This document shows, piece by piece, positions 32,701-42,282 of a stretch of 64,000 bases of DNA. The position numbers and the translations under genes were made by a program. The stretch is from an uncultured Veillonellaceae bacterium. GTDB taxonomy: Bacteria > Bacillota > Negativicutes > Selenomonadales > Selenomonadaceae. How positions within the stretch are numbered: position 1 is the first letter of the stretch; each line of letters begins with the position of its first letter. The stretch lies in NCBI GenBank assembly GCA_902773295.1, contig CACYDT010000106.1:4028-68027 (forward strand). Direction: 5' to 3'. Below the pieces are notes generated by a model. That model was not told the DNA's origin. It worked only from the letters and a program-made list of their open reading frames with translations, and made no database searches.

Positions 32701-33954
32701 ATGGATAGATTGGAAAAGACGCTGGAACGTTTCTTGCATGCGCCGGATGATGCAGGGCGGTTTTCCCTGCCGGCGTTTCATGGGGAGATGGAGAATGCCT
32801 TCCGGGAGGCAGGATTTCGCAGCGGAACCGAAAGGGCAATGCCTTCCATTCTCGTACTTCGTTTGGATGCCATGGGGGACAATATCCTGACGACGCCGGT
32901 GCTCAGGGAACTTCGGCGCAATCATTTTTCGGCGCATATCACTCTTGTGACGAGTCCTGCTGCATATCCTTTGATGGAATTGTGTCCTTACGTCAATAAG
33001 GTGCTGTGCTTCCAATTGCCAAAGATCCGGGAGGAAGGCATGGCTGCCATCGGGAAAATTGCCGGTTTCTGCAGAGAGCATCTGTGGCAGAGGCATTACG
33101 ATCTCTGCATCTGTCCCTGTTGGGGATCGCAACCTACGGAGGAGAGGTTCCTTGCTTATCTCAGCGGCGCCCGGGAGCGCTGGGGCTACAGTGACCTGGT
33201 CAATAATTTTTACATGCCGGAGCCGGTGGCGGCGACGGAGGAGCGGTATCTCCTGAACCATGCCACCTGCAATCCGCCGGAGATGATCCACGAGGCGGAG
33301 AGATATCTGTATCTCTTGGAAGTCATGGGCATGACGATTCGGGACAGGCATCCGGAATTGTGGCTGGGAGCCGGAGAAATCCAATGGGCTGAGGATTATG
33401 TGAGATCCATGCGGGAGGGAGGCTCTTTGATTGCTCTCTGCGTGGGGGCGAAGGACTTGAACAGGAAGTATCCGTTGGAACAGTGGATAGCCGCTATGGA
33501 GGAGATCATTCGTCTGGGCGGGAACTTCGTTGTTTTGGGCGGGCCTCAGGAGCGCGCGGATGGGGAATTTCTGCGTCAGCGGCTTCCGGAGGGAAAGGTG
33601 CGGAATATGGCAGGACGCTCCTCCATGCGGGAGTCGGTGGCATTGATTTCGCTCTCGGATCTCTATATGGGAAATGTCACGGGCATGATGCATGCGGCAG
33701 CTGCCTGCGGCCGTCCCGTCATCACTATTTTCCGTGAGGCTGTGGACCGGGAGGGAATCTGCACGGGAGTGTGCAGCGAGTACCGTCGGTTCTCCCCCTA
33801 TATGACGGACTGCGTCATCCTGCGCCCGAAGCATGCCATAGGAAAATGCCGTGACCTTATTTGTTATGGGGGATGCAATGCATCAAAAGCCCACTGCATT
33901 GCCCAAGTGAGACCGGAGGAGATCGTGGAGGCCTATCGTATTTTGATGGGATGA
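32701..33954 (+). CDS. GT9-family (heptosyltransferase-like) glycosyltransferase 1
   Basis: ILVLRLDAMGDNILTTPVLRELRRN...ITLV, ...GA....K.YP...W, ...LVLGGP.E, ...LSDLYMGNVTGMMH.AAA.G.PV are the GT9 layout. The start at 32701 lies inside listed ORF 32539. Confidence 0.7.
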   Translation: MDRLEKTLERFLHAPDDAGRFSLPAFHGEMENAFREAGFRSGTERAMPSILVLRLDAMGDNILTTPVLRELRRNHFSAHITLVTSPAAYPLMELCPYVNKVLCFQLPKIREEGMAAIGKIAGFCREHLWQRHYDLCICPCWGSQPTEERFLAYLSGARERWGYSDLVNNFYMPEPVAATEERYLLNHATCNPPEMIHEAERYLYLLEVMGMTIRDRHPELWLGAGEIQWAEDYVRSMREGGSLIALCVGAKDLNRKYPLEQWIAAMEEIIRLGGNFVVLGGPQERADGEFLRQRLPEGKVRNMAGRSSMRESVALISLSDLYMGNVTGMMHAAAACGRPVITIFREAVDREGICTGVCSEYRRFSPYMTDCVILRPKHAIGKCRDLICYGGCNASKAHCIAQVRPEEIVEAYRILMG

Positions 33955-33972
33955 GAAAGGAACGTTTTGCCC

Positions 33973-34002
33973 TTGGCAAAGTGTTTCCATTGGCGTTATA
34001 AT
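33973..34002 (+). promoter_or_regulatory. Sigma-70-type promoter TTGGCA-N18-TATAAT
   Basis: ttggca at 33973-33978 and tataat at 33997-34002. The predicted transcription start coincides with the first nucleotides of element R2. Confidence 0.6.
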
Positions 34003-34007
34003 ATACT

Positions 34008-34110
34008 GGAGAACGTTAGAATTTTCCGCAGGAAAAGCTCTTACGTTCTCTGCATATACCGCGAACGGCATGAATCAACAGGAACTGTTTTTCTTTCGCG
34101 AGTATAGAAA
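34008..34110 (+). promoter_or_regulatory. Structured 5' leader element, copy R2 (partner at 20237-20366)
   Basis: Long hairpin gagaacgt-t-aga-a-ttttcc-gca-ggaaaa-gc-tct-t-acgttctc, then tataccgcg ... cgcgagtata pairing. About 20 nt upstream of the GT9-2 start. Confidence 0.5.
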
Positions 34111-34131
34111 GAAACAATAGGTGGGATGCAG

Positions 34132-35403
34132 ATGGATGAGAGCAATCAGCTGAGGAGTTTTTGCGAGGCGTATATCAAGCGCACGATGTCGACACATAAA
34201 TTCGATCTTCCGGATTTCGTGAATTATATGGAGCCTGTTTTCCAGAAAATGGGATATCGCACTATGGATCGCAGGAAACAGGAGAGCATCCTGGTCATTC
34301 GGCTGGATGACATCCGGGGGTGCGTGATGACCAGCGGATTCCTTCGGGAACTGAGGCGGGAAAAGCCTCAGGCTCATATCACGCTCGTGGTGAACCCCTT
34401 CGTGTATCCCTTGATGGAGCTTTGTCCTTATGCGGACGATGTCTACGAGTTTGCCTCGGGTGCGGGCATGGCATTGCAGGATGTCCTGCGCACGGCCATT
34501 TCTTTCTGTTTCCGGCATCTCTGGCGGCATCAATACGACCTCTGTTTTTGCCCCCAGTGGGGAATCGACCGGTCATGGACATTGCTCTTGGGCTTCCTCA
34601 GCGGAGCCAGGGAGCGCATCGGGTACAGCGAGAAAGTCCATGAGGAGAAGGCCAGGGCGAATCGCGGCTATGACCGTTTCCTGACCCGGGTGCTGGCATG
34701 CTCGCCAGGAGTGGTCCATGAGGTTTCCCGTACCTTCTATCTTTTGCAGGATTTTGGAATGGCGGTGGAGAATGATAGCATGGAGGTCTGGTTTGATGAC
34801 CAGGACAAGCTGGTAGCCCATCGGCTTCTGGTGAACTTCATGGAGAATCATCCCATTGCCGTGGTGGCTCTGGGAGCCAGCCAGGCGTGCAGGAAGTATC
34901 CTGTGGAGCGTTATGTGGCGGCTCTCCGACGTATCGCGGAATCGGGGATGCGGTTTGTTCTCCTTGGAGGGAATGATGTGGATCTGGAAGGGAGCTTCTT
35001 TGCGCGGAACATGCCCAAGGGAACGGTGATGAACCTCATTGGTCAGACCTATCTTCGGGTGACGGCGGCTCTCATCTCCATGGTGGATCTCTATATCGGC
35101 AATGATACGGGGCTGGCCCATATCGCGGCGGCGCTTCATGTGCCCGTCATTGAGCTTCTGGCGGAAGCGGAGGACAAGAAGGAGGACAAGTCGGTCTACA
35201 GCGTCTACGAGCGCTTCCATCCATGGAAGGTGCCATCCATTGTCTTGCGGCCTGCCCGGGCGCTTCCTCCCTGTGATGAGACAGCGGTTCTCGGGGGATG
35301 CTGCACCATGATGCCCCATTGCATCAGCCGCATTGCCCCGGAGGAAGTGGTGGCGGCCTACAATGTCATGGTGGATTATCTCGAAGAGCATAGCGGGGAA
35401 TAG
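34132..35403 (+). CDS. GT9-family (heptosyltransferase-like) glycosyltransferase 2
   Basis: ILVIRLDDIRGCVMTSGFLRELRREKPQAHITLVVNP...YPLMELCPY..., ...LGASQACRKYPVERY, ...LLGGNDV, ...MVDLYIGNDTGLAHIAAALHVPVI. Paralog of 32701..33954. The listed ORF starts at 34126. Confidence 0.7.
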   Translation: MDESNQLRSFCEAYIKRTMSTHKFDLPDFVNYMEPVFQKMGYRTMDRRKQESILVIRLDDIRGCVMTSGFLRELRREKPQAHITLVVNPFVYPLMELCPYADDVYEFASGAGMALQDVLRTAISFCFRHLWRHQYDLCFCPQWGIDRSWTLLLGFLSGARERIGYSEKVHEEKARANRGYDRFLTRVLACSPGVVHEVSRTFYLLQDFGMAVENDSMEVWFDDQDKLVAHRLLVNFMENHPIAVVALGASQACRKYPVERYVAALRRIAESGMRFVLLGGNDVDLEGSFFARNMPKGTVMNLIGQTYLRVTAALISMVDLYIGNDTGLAHIAAALHVPVIELLAEAEDKKEDKSVYSVYERFHPWKVPSIVLRPARALPPCDETAVLGGCCTMMPHCISRIAPEEVVAAYNVMVDYLEEHSGE

Positions 35404-35420
35404 GCTGCTAGGAGGAAAAT

Positions 35421-36107
35421 ATGGGGAAAAATGCGGGGAAAATCTGCTTTGTCACTTGTGTGAACGATGAACGTTGGTATGAGGAATGCCTGCTCTATCT
35501 GAAGCATCTGCGCATGCCTCCGGGCATGGAGGCGGAGTTCCTGCCGGTGAGGGGAGCAGAGTCTATGTGCAGCGGCTACAACACGGGAATGCATGCTTCC
35601 GATGCGAAATACAAGGTGTACCTCCATCAGGATACCCTTGTGGTGAACAAGGATCTCGTCCGGGATCTCCTGGAACTCTTCTCGGAGGAAACCATTGGCC
35701 TTGTAGGCGTGATTGGCTGCCGATCCTTGCCGAGGAGCGGTGTCTGGTGGGACGGGCTTCGTACCTATGGGAGGGTGCTCCATGCCTGCGAGCCGGAGAG
35801 CGTGGTGGATTCCATGTGCCGCCAGCCGGAAGGGGCATACATCGAGGTGGAGGCCGTGGACGGGCTTTTCCTCGCGACCCAGTACGATATCCGCTGGAGA
35901 GAGGATCTCTTCACGGGCTGGCATCTCTACGATACCTCGGCCTGCATGGAGATGCGGCGCAGGGGCTATCGGGTGGTCATACCGAATCAGGAGGAAGACT
36001 TCTGGTGCATCCATTGCCCGAAGGAGAAGCCTCTGGCACAGGAGTACAAAGGATACCAAAAGGTGTTCCTCAGGGAGTATGGGACGGAACTCCATCCGGA
36101 GGTGTGA
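35421..36107 (+). CDS. Glycosyltransferase-like protein (GT2-related, Glyco_tranf_2_5-like)
   Basis: ICFVTCVNDERWYEECLLYL...YNTGM..S.AKYKVYLHQDT...D. The pattern is as I recall it for this small GT family often found in flagellar or capsule loci. Confidence 0.55.
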   Translation: MGKNAGKICFVTCVNDERWYEECLLYLKHLRMPPGMEAEFLPVRGAESMCSGYNTGMHASDAKYKVYLHQDTLVVNKDLVRDLLELFSEETIGLVGVIGCRSLPRSGVWWDGLRTYGRVLHACEPESVVDSMCRQPEGAYIEVEAVDGLFLATQYDIRWREDLFTGWHLYDTSACMEMRRRGYRVVIPNQEEDFWCIHCPKEKPLAQEYKGYQKVFLREYGTELHPEV

Positions 36108-36110
36108 GGC

Positions 36111-37040
36111 ATGGCAGAAAAAATCAAGCCGGAACTCTTGAATTTTCTTGCACCGGGAGATCTGCCCCTCAGGATTCTCGTGGTGGAGGGTTGGAGATAT
36201 TTGCCGGAACTCCGGGAGATGTTCCCGGAGGCAAGCCTCTATGCCGTGGAACCGGAGCCGGAGGTTCAGGAACAGGAAGAACTCCGGGGACTGGGCGTGG
36301 AATGGGTCGTTCTGGATTATCGGGAAACGCCGCTGCCGTTTCCAAGGGAATTTTTTGACTATATCCTGGGAGACCTGACGTTGGAGTATGTGGCCAATCC
36401 CCAGGATATCGCGGCGGGGTTCAGTACCTTCCTGAAACAGACAGGAGCATGGCTCACAAGCTTCCGCAACATTCGCCATTGGTCGGTGCTCCAAAGCCTC
36501 ATGGAAGGGCATTATTATCAGGTGGTTTCCCGGCTTTACGCAAGGCAGGAGTTCGAGAGGCTCATGTATGCCTGCTTTTACAAGGAAGTGCGCATGGCTG
36601 CCCAACGCCGCGCAGGGGAGAAAGCGCTCATAGAGCGGTTGGAATCCGCAGGCTTCGATAATTCCCAGGGGGATATGGATGTGGAGTTCTGGCTGGTGCG
36701 GGCGGCACGTTCCATGCCGGAAATGGCCTTGCTGAAATCCATGTACACGAAAGAGGATCGCAGAGAACTCTCCTTTCTCCTGCATCGCATCGAGTATGGC
36801 ATTGATACGGAAAATCAATGCAGAAGGCTCTGGGAGCTATACGACAAGTCGTCAATGTTTCCGGATTATGTGGCAGCTTTTGCCGAACAAACGGTATTCC
36901 ACCATAGGAATTTCTATGAGAATCTCATAGCTTTCTCTATGGAGCGGGAGGGTCTGGCGCGAGAAATCCTTAAGGTCGCTTTGGCAGAAACCGGAAGGGA
37001 AGAAGAGCGGTTAATGTTGCGGGAACTGATGGCAGAATGA
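36111..37040 (+). CDS. Possible SAM-dependent methyltransferase-fold protein (degenerate motif I)
   Basis: LRILVVEGWRY...LYAVEPEPE...FDYILGDLTLEYVANP...FLKQTGAWL resembles the class I MTase strand order, but the glycine-rich motif is not canonical. Confidence 0.35.
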   Translation: MAEKIKPELLNFLAPGDLPLRILVVEGWRYLPELREMFPEASLYAVEPEPEVQEQEELRGLGVEWVVLDYRETPLPFPREFFDYILGDLTLEYVANPQDIAAGFSTFLKQTGAWLTSFRNIRHWSVLQSLMEGHYYQVVSRLYARQEFERLMYACFYKEVRMAAQRRAGEKALIERLESAGFDNSQGDMDVEFWLVRAARSMPEMALLKSMYTKEDRRELSFLLHRIEYGIDTENQCRRLWELYDKSSMFPDYVAAFAEQTVFHHRNFYENLIAFSMEREGLAREILKVALAETGREEERLMLRELMAE

Positions 37041-37061
37041 TGAGGAATTAGGGGTGATGAT

Positions 37062-38831
37062 GTGCGGAAGATTGTAATGATTTCCATGATGAAAAATGAA
37101 GCGGATATCGTTGAAAGCTTTATCCGTCATTCCATGACATTTGTGGATATGATATTGGTTGCTGACCATATGAGTTCCGATAAAACGAAATATATTTTGG
37201 AATCGTTGCAGCAGGAAGGTCTTCCGCTGACGATATTTTCCCTTTCTGATGTGGAATTAGCACATTCTGAGGTTATGACCCAGCTTATGTGGAAAGCTGT
37301 TTTGGAATATGGAGCGGATCTTGTATTGCCTTTTGATGCGGATGAATTTTTGGTCAATACGGAAAATCATATTTTATGCCGGGAAATTCTTGAACAACTT
37401 TCTTCTGATAAGGTATATCATTTGAATTGGCGCCGTTATGAACCTCAATTCCCCACTAAGGATGCGGACAAATTCCTATTGGGGCGTCCTTGCGTCCGTC
37501 AGGTTGCATGGGATCGAGGTCAAAAAACAATCATAGGGGCTGATGCTGCAAAGAAGCGTCCTTTTCATTTTATTCAGGGCTGCCATTATGCTCTTTATGA
37601 CGATGATGGCAAGCGCGTTCCCATGGAAGTGGCGCCTTTTCTTCATACTGCACACTTTCACTGGAGAAGTGAAGAGCAGTACGAATCCAAGGTTCTCGTC
37701 AGTTATATCAACAATGTGTCGAAATTTACAGAATATACACCGGCTGCAGGTGGTTTACGTACTCTGTACAAAGCCGTTCTGGCAGGGGAAACGCTGGCAT
37801 CAGTTCGTCTTTCAGGCGAAACAGAGAAATTTGTGCTTTCGGAATTCGTTCCATCTCAAAGCATGCGGTATAGTGCAGCTGCCAGACCAAATGCGAAGAG
37901 AAATTTTTTGGAGGCAAGCGCTCGTATGGCAGAGGCGTATGTCGAGGCAAAATATCTGGCAAAGAAGAGGTTTGTGACAGTTGTCCTGCCTTTTTTGGGG
38001 GATGCAGAAGCATGGCGGGAATCCTTTGTATCACTTCAGGAGCAGACATATCCGTTTTTGGAATTGCTGGTTCCCCTTTTAGTGGAGGGGATGTCGGAGA
38101 ATCTTCGCCGTCAGGCCGTGGAAAATGCAACGGAGGATGCGGTTCGGTTTATTGATTCCGAGAGGGACGGGGAAGTATTTTCCGTGCTGGGGCGTATGGC
38201 GAAGGGAGCACATGTTCAATGGCTTTTGCCTGGAACGCAATTGTATCCTCGTAAGATTCAGCTTATGAGTACTTGCCTTGATGCGCAAGATCGTACACAT
38301 CAAGCACTGATATGCTTTGGCGATGAAGAGTTTCCGGAATGGAGCCCTTACATGGATCCTGCTTTCGATGCGGATTATGTGGATGCCGTGCCAGACAGTA
38401 TGTTACAATGGATGATCCGTACAGGGAAAATTTTTTCCGGGGGAATTTCATCGGTTTTGATGACGCGAAAGGCTATGGATGCATGCGAATGGTTTCGTGG
38501 ATGTTTTTCTGATCATATGCCTTTAGAATTTTTCATGTTTCATCGATTGTTTTCGAATGTTCAGGCTGTGAGCAATTCAGGTGTGCATATTGGTGCGATG
38601 AAGGAGCAACTTTGTAATATCCCGCAGGAGATTCCTCTGGAAAAATGTATTTTGCATCAGTTGGAATGGCATCAGTTGGTGTTGGATCAAAGAGAGAGAC
38701 TGTCGATAGAGCAGTATCAAATTGCACTTCAAAATATGAGGTATATCCGTGCACGCTTGAGAGTTTTTTCTGATCAGCTTGCAAAGAAGTCCTCTCTTTG
38801 GGAAACATATGAGTCTCTTTCTTTGCAGTAA
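37062..38831 (+). CDS. Two-domain GT2-like glycosyltransferase (589 aa)
   Basis: GTG start. IVMISMMKNEADIVESFIRH...ILVADHMSSDKT...FDADEF, then a second domain FVTVVLPFLGDAEAWRESFVSLQEQTYPFLELLV. Visibly more A/T-rich than its neighbours. Confidence 0.6.
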   Translation: MRKIVMISMMKNEADIVESFIRHSMTFVDMILVADHMSSDKTKYILESLQQEGLPLTIFSLSDVELAHSEVMTQLMWKAVLEYGADLVLPFDADEFLVNTENHILCREILEQLSSDKVYHLNWRRYEPQFPTKDADKFLLGRPCVRQVAWDRGQKTIIGADAAKKRPFHFIQGCHYALYDDDGKRVPMEVAPFLHTAHFHWRSEEQYESKVLVSYINNVSKFTEYTPAAGGLRTLYKAVLAGETLASVRLSGETEKFVLSEFVPSQSMRYSAAARPNAKRNFLEASARMAEAYVEAKYLAKKRFVTVVLPFLGDAEAWRESFVSLQEQTYPFLELLVPLLVEGMSENLRRQAVENATEDAVRFIDSERDGEVFSVLGRMAKGAHVQWLLPGTQLYPRKIQLMSTCLDAQDRTHQALICFGDEEFPEWSPYMDPAFDADYVDAVPDSMLQWMIRTGKIFSGGISSVLMTRKAMDACEWFRGCFSDHMPLEFFMFHRLFSNVQAVSNSGVHIGAMKEQLCNIPQEIPLEKCILHQLEWHQLVLDQRERLSIEQYQIALQNMRYIRARLRVFSDQLAKKSSLWETYESLSLQ

Positions 38832-38952
38832 AAGCATGCACAGTGGCAACCTGGTCTTTAAGGTGTCCTGGTACGATGATTTCGAGGTGGATGTGAGAGA
38901 TGTATTCGAGGGTTGAGCAGCGCAGGTTGTCCCTGCAAGAGGAACGGTTGTT

Positions 38953-40743
38953 ATGGATGAACGTTTGAACTGGCTCATGTTGGCGGACAAGTTTGCTTCC
39001 GAGGGGGATCCGAGAGGGATGCGGGCATGTGCCCGAGAGCTTTTTGACCTGGATGCCCGGCTGGCGGATGGGCCGGCAGTGATGGCAGAAGCGGCGCTTT
39101 ACAGCGGCAGTTATGAGGAAGCGGACATGCTGGCACATGATGCCCTGGGGCTGGACGGAAAAAATCTCAGGGCGCGCCTCGTGCTGGCCGGCGTGGCCGG
39201 GCAGGAGTTCCGCCTGGACGAGGAACTTCGCCTCTTGAAGGAAGTGGTTGAGGGAACCCGGCGGAGGCTGGAACAGATCGATCGCCTGCAGAGGGAATTG
39301 AATGTCCGCAATCATTTGGGACAGGGGATTCCGGAGGACGAGAAACTCCTTCGCGCAAACCAGGCGGCAGAGATGAAGATTTTTCGGCAGCTTCTCGTCA
39401 AGGCCCGGGGATGGATGGCAGATGCCTATTATCTGGCGGCAGATCCGGAGCAGGCCGCCAATGCACTCAAAGAAGCCAGTTCCCTGACGGAAGACCCGGA
39501 GAAAAGAGCGGATCTCTACAGCAAGTACCTTTTCATGCGGAACTATCGCTCTGCAGCACCGGAGTCGTCCCGCAGGGCAGCGGAGAAATATGCATCCCTG
39601 ATGGCAGGGATCACTCCCTATGCCCATCAGGAAGTGAAGCGTCTTCCGGAGAAACGGCTTCGCATCGGCTATATTTCACCGGATTTTCGCCTGCATGCGG
39701 TAGCTTATTTTGTGGCGCCTCTCTTGCGGGATTTCAACGAGAAAGAATTTGCCGTTTATTGCTATTCCCGGGGAACCGGAGACGCTGTGACGAGGCGGTT
39801 CCAGAAATATCCCGTGAAGTGGAGGGACATCCGGGGACGCTCTGCCAGAACCGCGGCCCGCATGATTGCCGAGGATCATATTGACATTCTCGTGGATCTT
39901 TCCGGCCATTCCCAGGGGAGCTGCCTGGACATCATGGCCTATCGTCCGGCTCCCGTGCAGATATCGGGCATCGGCTACATGAATACTACGGGACTTCCTA
40001 CGATTGACTATATCCTTTCGGATGAGGTCTGCATGCCTGCCGGGAAAAATGAAGGCTTTACAGAGAAGCCGCTCAGGCTCAAGGGCTGCCACCTTTGCTA
40101 CGATCCGGGAGCTGTGCGGGAGATGCCCCAGCCGGGGAAAGAGGCGCCGGTGCTGGTGAACGGTTGCGTGACCTTCGGCTGCTTCAACAATTTTGCCAAG
40201 GTGACGGACGAATTGATCTGTCTTTGGCGGGGTGCCATGGATCGGGTGCGGGATTCCCGCATTGTTATCAAGGGGAAGATCTGCAGCATTCCTTCGGGGC
40301 AGAAGCTTGTGAGGGAACGGCTCATGCGCCTGCACTTTCCCATGGGGAGGGTGGAGCTTCGCCCTTACAGCCCGGACTATCTGGAGCAGTACAGCGATAT
40401 CGACCTATCCTTGGACACCACGCCCTACACGGGAGGCCTCACCACCTGCGAATCCCTGTTCATGGGGGTTCCTGTGGTGAGCCTTCGCGGACGGAGCCAC
40501 GGCGCGAGATTCGGCGCAAGCATCCTCCAAAATGCAGGACTGGAGGAACTGGTGGCGGACAACCAGATGGAGTACGTGAAGAAGATTGTCCAGATCGCTT
40601 CCAACAAGAATCTCATTCAGCGTTACAGGAGCGCTCTCAGGGAGCATCTTCTGAAGTCAAGGCTGATGGATGGGAAGGCGTATATGAAAGAATTGGAGGA
40701 AAAGTACCGCGAGATCTGGAGGCGGTTTTGCGAGGAGACCTGA
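38953..40743 (+). CDS. TPR plus GT41-family (OGT-like) glycosyltransferase
   Basis: N-terminal helical repeats, then LRIGYISPDFRLHAVAYF...ILVDLSGHS...APVQISGIGYMNTTGLPTIDYILSD...FGCFNNFAKVT...TPYTGGLTTCESLFMGVPVVSL. Confidence 0.75.
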   Translation: MDERLNWLMLADKFASEGDPRGMRACARELFDLDARLADGPAVMAEAALYSGSYEEADMLAHDALGLDGKNLRARLVLAGVAGQEFRLDEELRLLKEVVEGTRRRLEQIDRLQRELNVRNHLGQGIPEDEKLLRANQAAEMKIFRQLLVKARGWMADAYYLAADPEQAANALKEASSLTEDPEKRADLYSKYLFMRNYRSAAPESSRRAAEKYASLMAGITPYAHQEVKRLPEKRLRIGYISPDFRLHAVAYFVAPLLRDFNEKEFAVYCYSRGTGDAVTRRFQKYPVKWRDIRGRSARTAARMIAEDHIDILVDLSGHSQGSCLDIMAYRPAPVQISGIGYMNTTGLPTIDYILSDEVCMPAGKNEGFTEKPLRLKGCHLCYDPGAVREMPQPGKEAPVLVNGCVTFGCFNNFAKVTDELICLWRGAMDRVRDSRIVIKGKICSIPSGQKLVRERLMRLHFPMGRVELRPYSPDYLEQYSDIDLSLDTTPYTGGLTTCESLFMGVPVVSLRGRSHGARFGASILQNAGLEELVADNQMEYVKKIVQIASNKNLIQRYRSALREHLLKSRLMDGKAYMKELEEKYREIWRRFCEET

Positions 40744-40755
40744 GGGGGAAGGGCT

Positions 40756-41790
40756 ATGCGGATTTCTGCTTGCGTGATCACGAAGAATGAGGAGACGAAT
40801 CTTCCCAAGTGGCTGGAGTGCATGAACCTTATTGCGGATGAGCTTGTTGTGGTGGACACCGGCTCTACGGATGGCACGGTGGAGATTGCCCGGGCCGCAG
40901 GGGCAAATTGCTTCTTTTTCAAGTGGGTGGATGATTATTCGGCGGCCAAGAATTTTACACTGGATCAGGCAACAGGGGACTGGATTTTCTTCCTGGATGC
41001 AGATCAGTTCTTTTTGCCTAAGGACTGTCCGAAAGTGAGGGAATTTGTCAGGATATGCAATGAAAATCCGGATATCTGGGGATGTGCGTTTTCTGTGGTG
41101 AATATCGACAGTACCACAGGACAGGAATTGGGTGTTTCGCAGCATGAGTTTCGTTGCTTTCGACGCACCAAATACTTGCGTTATGTGGGGAGAATCCATG
41201 AGGAATTGCGGAATCTCTCGGAAGGCCCTAAGAAGAAAATGCAATACATGCCGGGCGCAGTCATCTATCATACGGGATACTCTCCGGAACGGATGCCGGA
41301 GAAGTATCGCTATACGATCAGGATGCTGGAGAAATCGCAAGCCATGGACGGTGTGCGGAAGGTGGATGACCTTTACTTCATGGACTGCTATCATGGCTTG
41401 GGGGATTATGAAAAAGCAGTGATGTATGCCAGAAGGGCGATTGCCAATGGCGCTGCGTTGCTCGGTTCGGAAAACCGTCCCTATACGGTATTGGCTCATT
41501 CCCTGATCCTGCTGAAGCGGCCTGTGTGGGAAACGAAAGCTGTATTGCGGGAAGCAATGAGGCTTTTTCCGGGGCTGGCGGAATACTGGCTGTTTTTGGG
41601 ATGGCTTGACTGGGAGCAAAAAGAATATGCATCGGCCGCGGAGTATTTCCGGGAGGGAATCCGGCGGTATCAGGAACAGGAAAGTTCGCAGCCCAAGGTT
41701 CTTTTGGATGATCATGCCAAGGCATTGCTTCCTTTTGCCCATCGCTGCCTGGAGGAAATTGCCGGTCAAAAGGCAGGGATGGATGGATAA
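40756..41790 (+). CDS. GT2 glycosyltransferase with C-terminal TPR-like region
   Basis: ISACVITKNEETNLPKWL...VVVDTGSTDGTVEIA...F.WVDDYSAAKNF.L......W.FFLDADQFF. Confidence 0.8.
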   Translation: MRISACVITKNEETNLPKWLECMNLIADELVVVDTGSTDGTVEIARAAGANCFFFKWVDDYSAAKNFTLDQATGDWIFFLDADQFFLPKDCPKVREFVRICNENPDIWGCAFSVVNIDSTTGQELGVSQHEFRCFRRTKYLRYVGRIHEELRNLSEGPKKKMQYMPGAVIYHTGYSPERMPEKYRYTIRMLEKSQAMDGVRKVDDLYFMDCYHGLGDYEKAVMYARRAIANGAALLGSENRPYTVLAHSLILLKRPVWETKAVLREAMRLFPGLAEYWLFLGWLDWEQKEYASAAEYFREGIRRYQEQESSQPKVLLDDHAKALLPFAHRCLEEIAGQKAGMDG

Positions 41791-41823
41791 TTTTTTAAAA
41801 AATAAAAACAATATGGAAATTAC

Positions 41824-41852
41824 TTGATTTTTTCGCGAAATTCAAGTATACT
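41824..41852 (+). promoter_or_regulatory. Sigma-70-type promoter TTGATT-N17-TATACT
   Basis: ttgatt at 41824-41829 and tatact at 41847-41852, about 95 nt upstream of 41950. Confidence 0.6.
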
Positions 41853-41949
41853 ATAGACGGATACCCTGGTTGCCTCCTTTCTCATTAGTAAGTTCAAGCA
41901 GAACTGGCTGTCGGGGCATTTAGTATTTTAATCAAAGGGGATTTTTTTC

Positions 41950-42237
41950 ATGGCTTTCGAAGACAAGACATTGGTATGCAAGGATTGCGGCAAGGAGTTC
42001 ATATTCAGCGCAGGGGAGCAGGAATTCTATGCCGAGAAGGGATTCGAGAATGAGCCGGCCCGTTGCCGGGATTGCCGCGACAAGCGCCGCCGCACGCGTG
42101 ACGGCGGGGAGCCTCGCCAGATGTACACGGTGGTCTGCGCCGAGTGCGGCAAGGAGACGGAGGTTCCCTTCGAGCCAAAGAACGATCGTCCGGTCTATTG
42201 CCGCGATTGCTTCAACAAGAAGAAAGGCGGATTCTGA
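41950..42237 (+). CDS. Small zinc-ribbon protein with paired CxxC motifs
   Basis: Two halves, each with CxxC...CxxC (CKDCGKEF...CRDCR; CAECGKETEVPF....RPVYCRDCF). Matches the widespread CxxC-x17-CxxC small-protein family. Confidence 0.7.
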   Translation: MAFEDKTLVCKDCGKEFIFSAGEQEFYAEKGFENEPARCRDCRDKRRRTRDGGEPRQMYTVVCAECGKETEVPFEPKNDRPVYCRDCFNKKKGGF

Positions 42238-42282
42238 TAGAGCGTTTTTTCCTCTGGCAAAATCTGTGCAGCTGCGTTATAC

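Noticed and set aside
38832-38952. 17-codon ORF, and a ~20-nt similarity (aagcatg.acagtgg.aa.cc.gg) between this gap and 42280-42305
   Set aside because: The mini-ORF has no RBS. The similarity is short and imperfect, is not accompanied by shared structure, and is consistent with chance.
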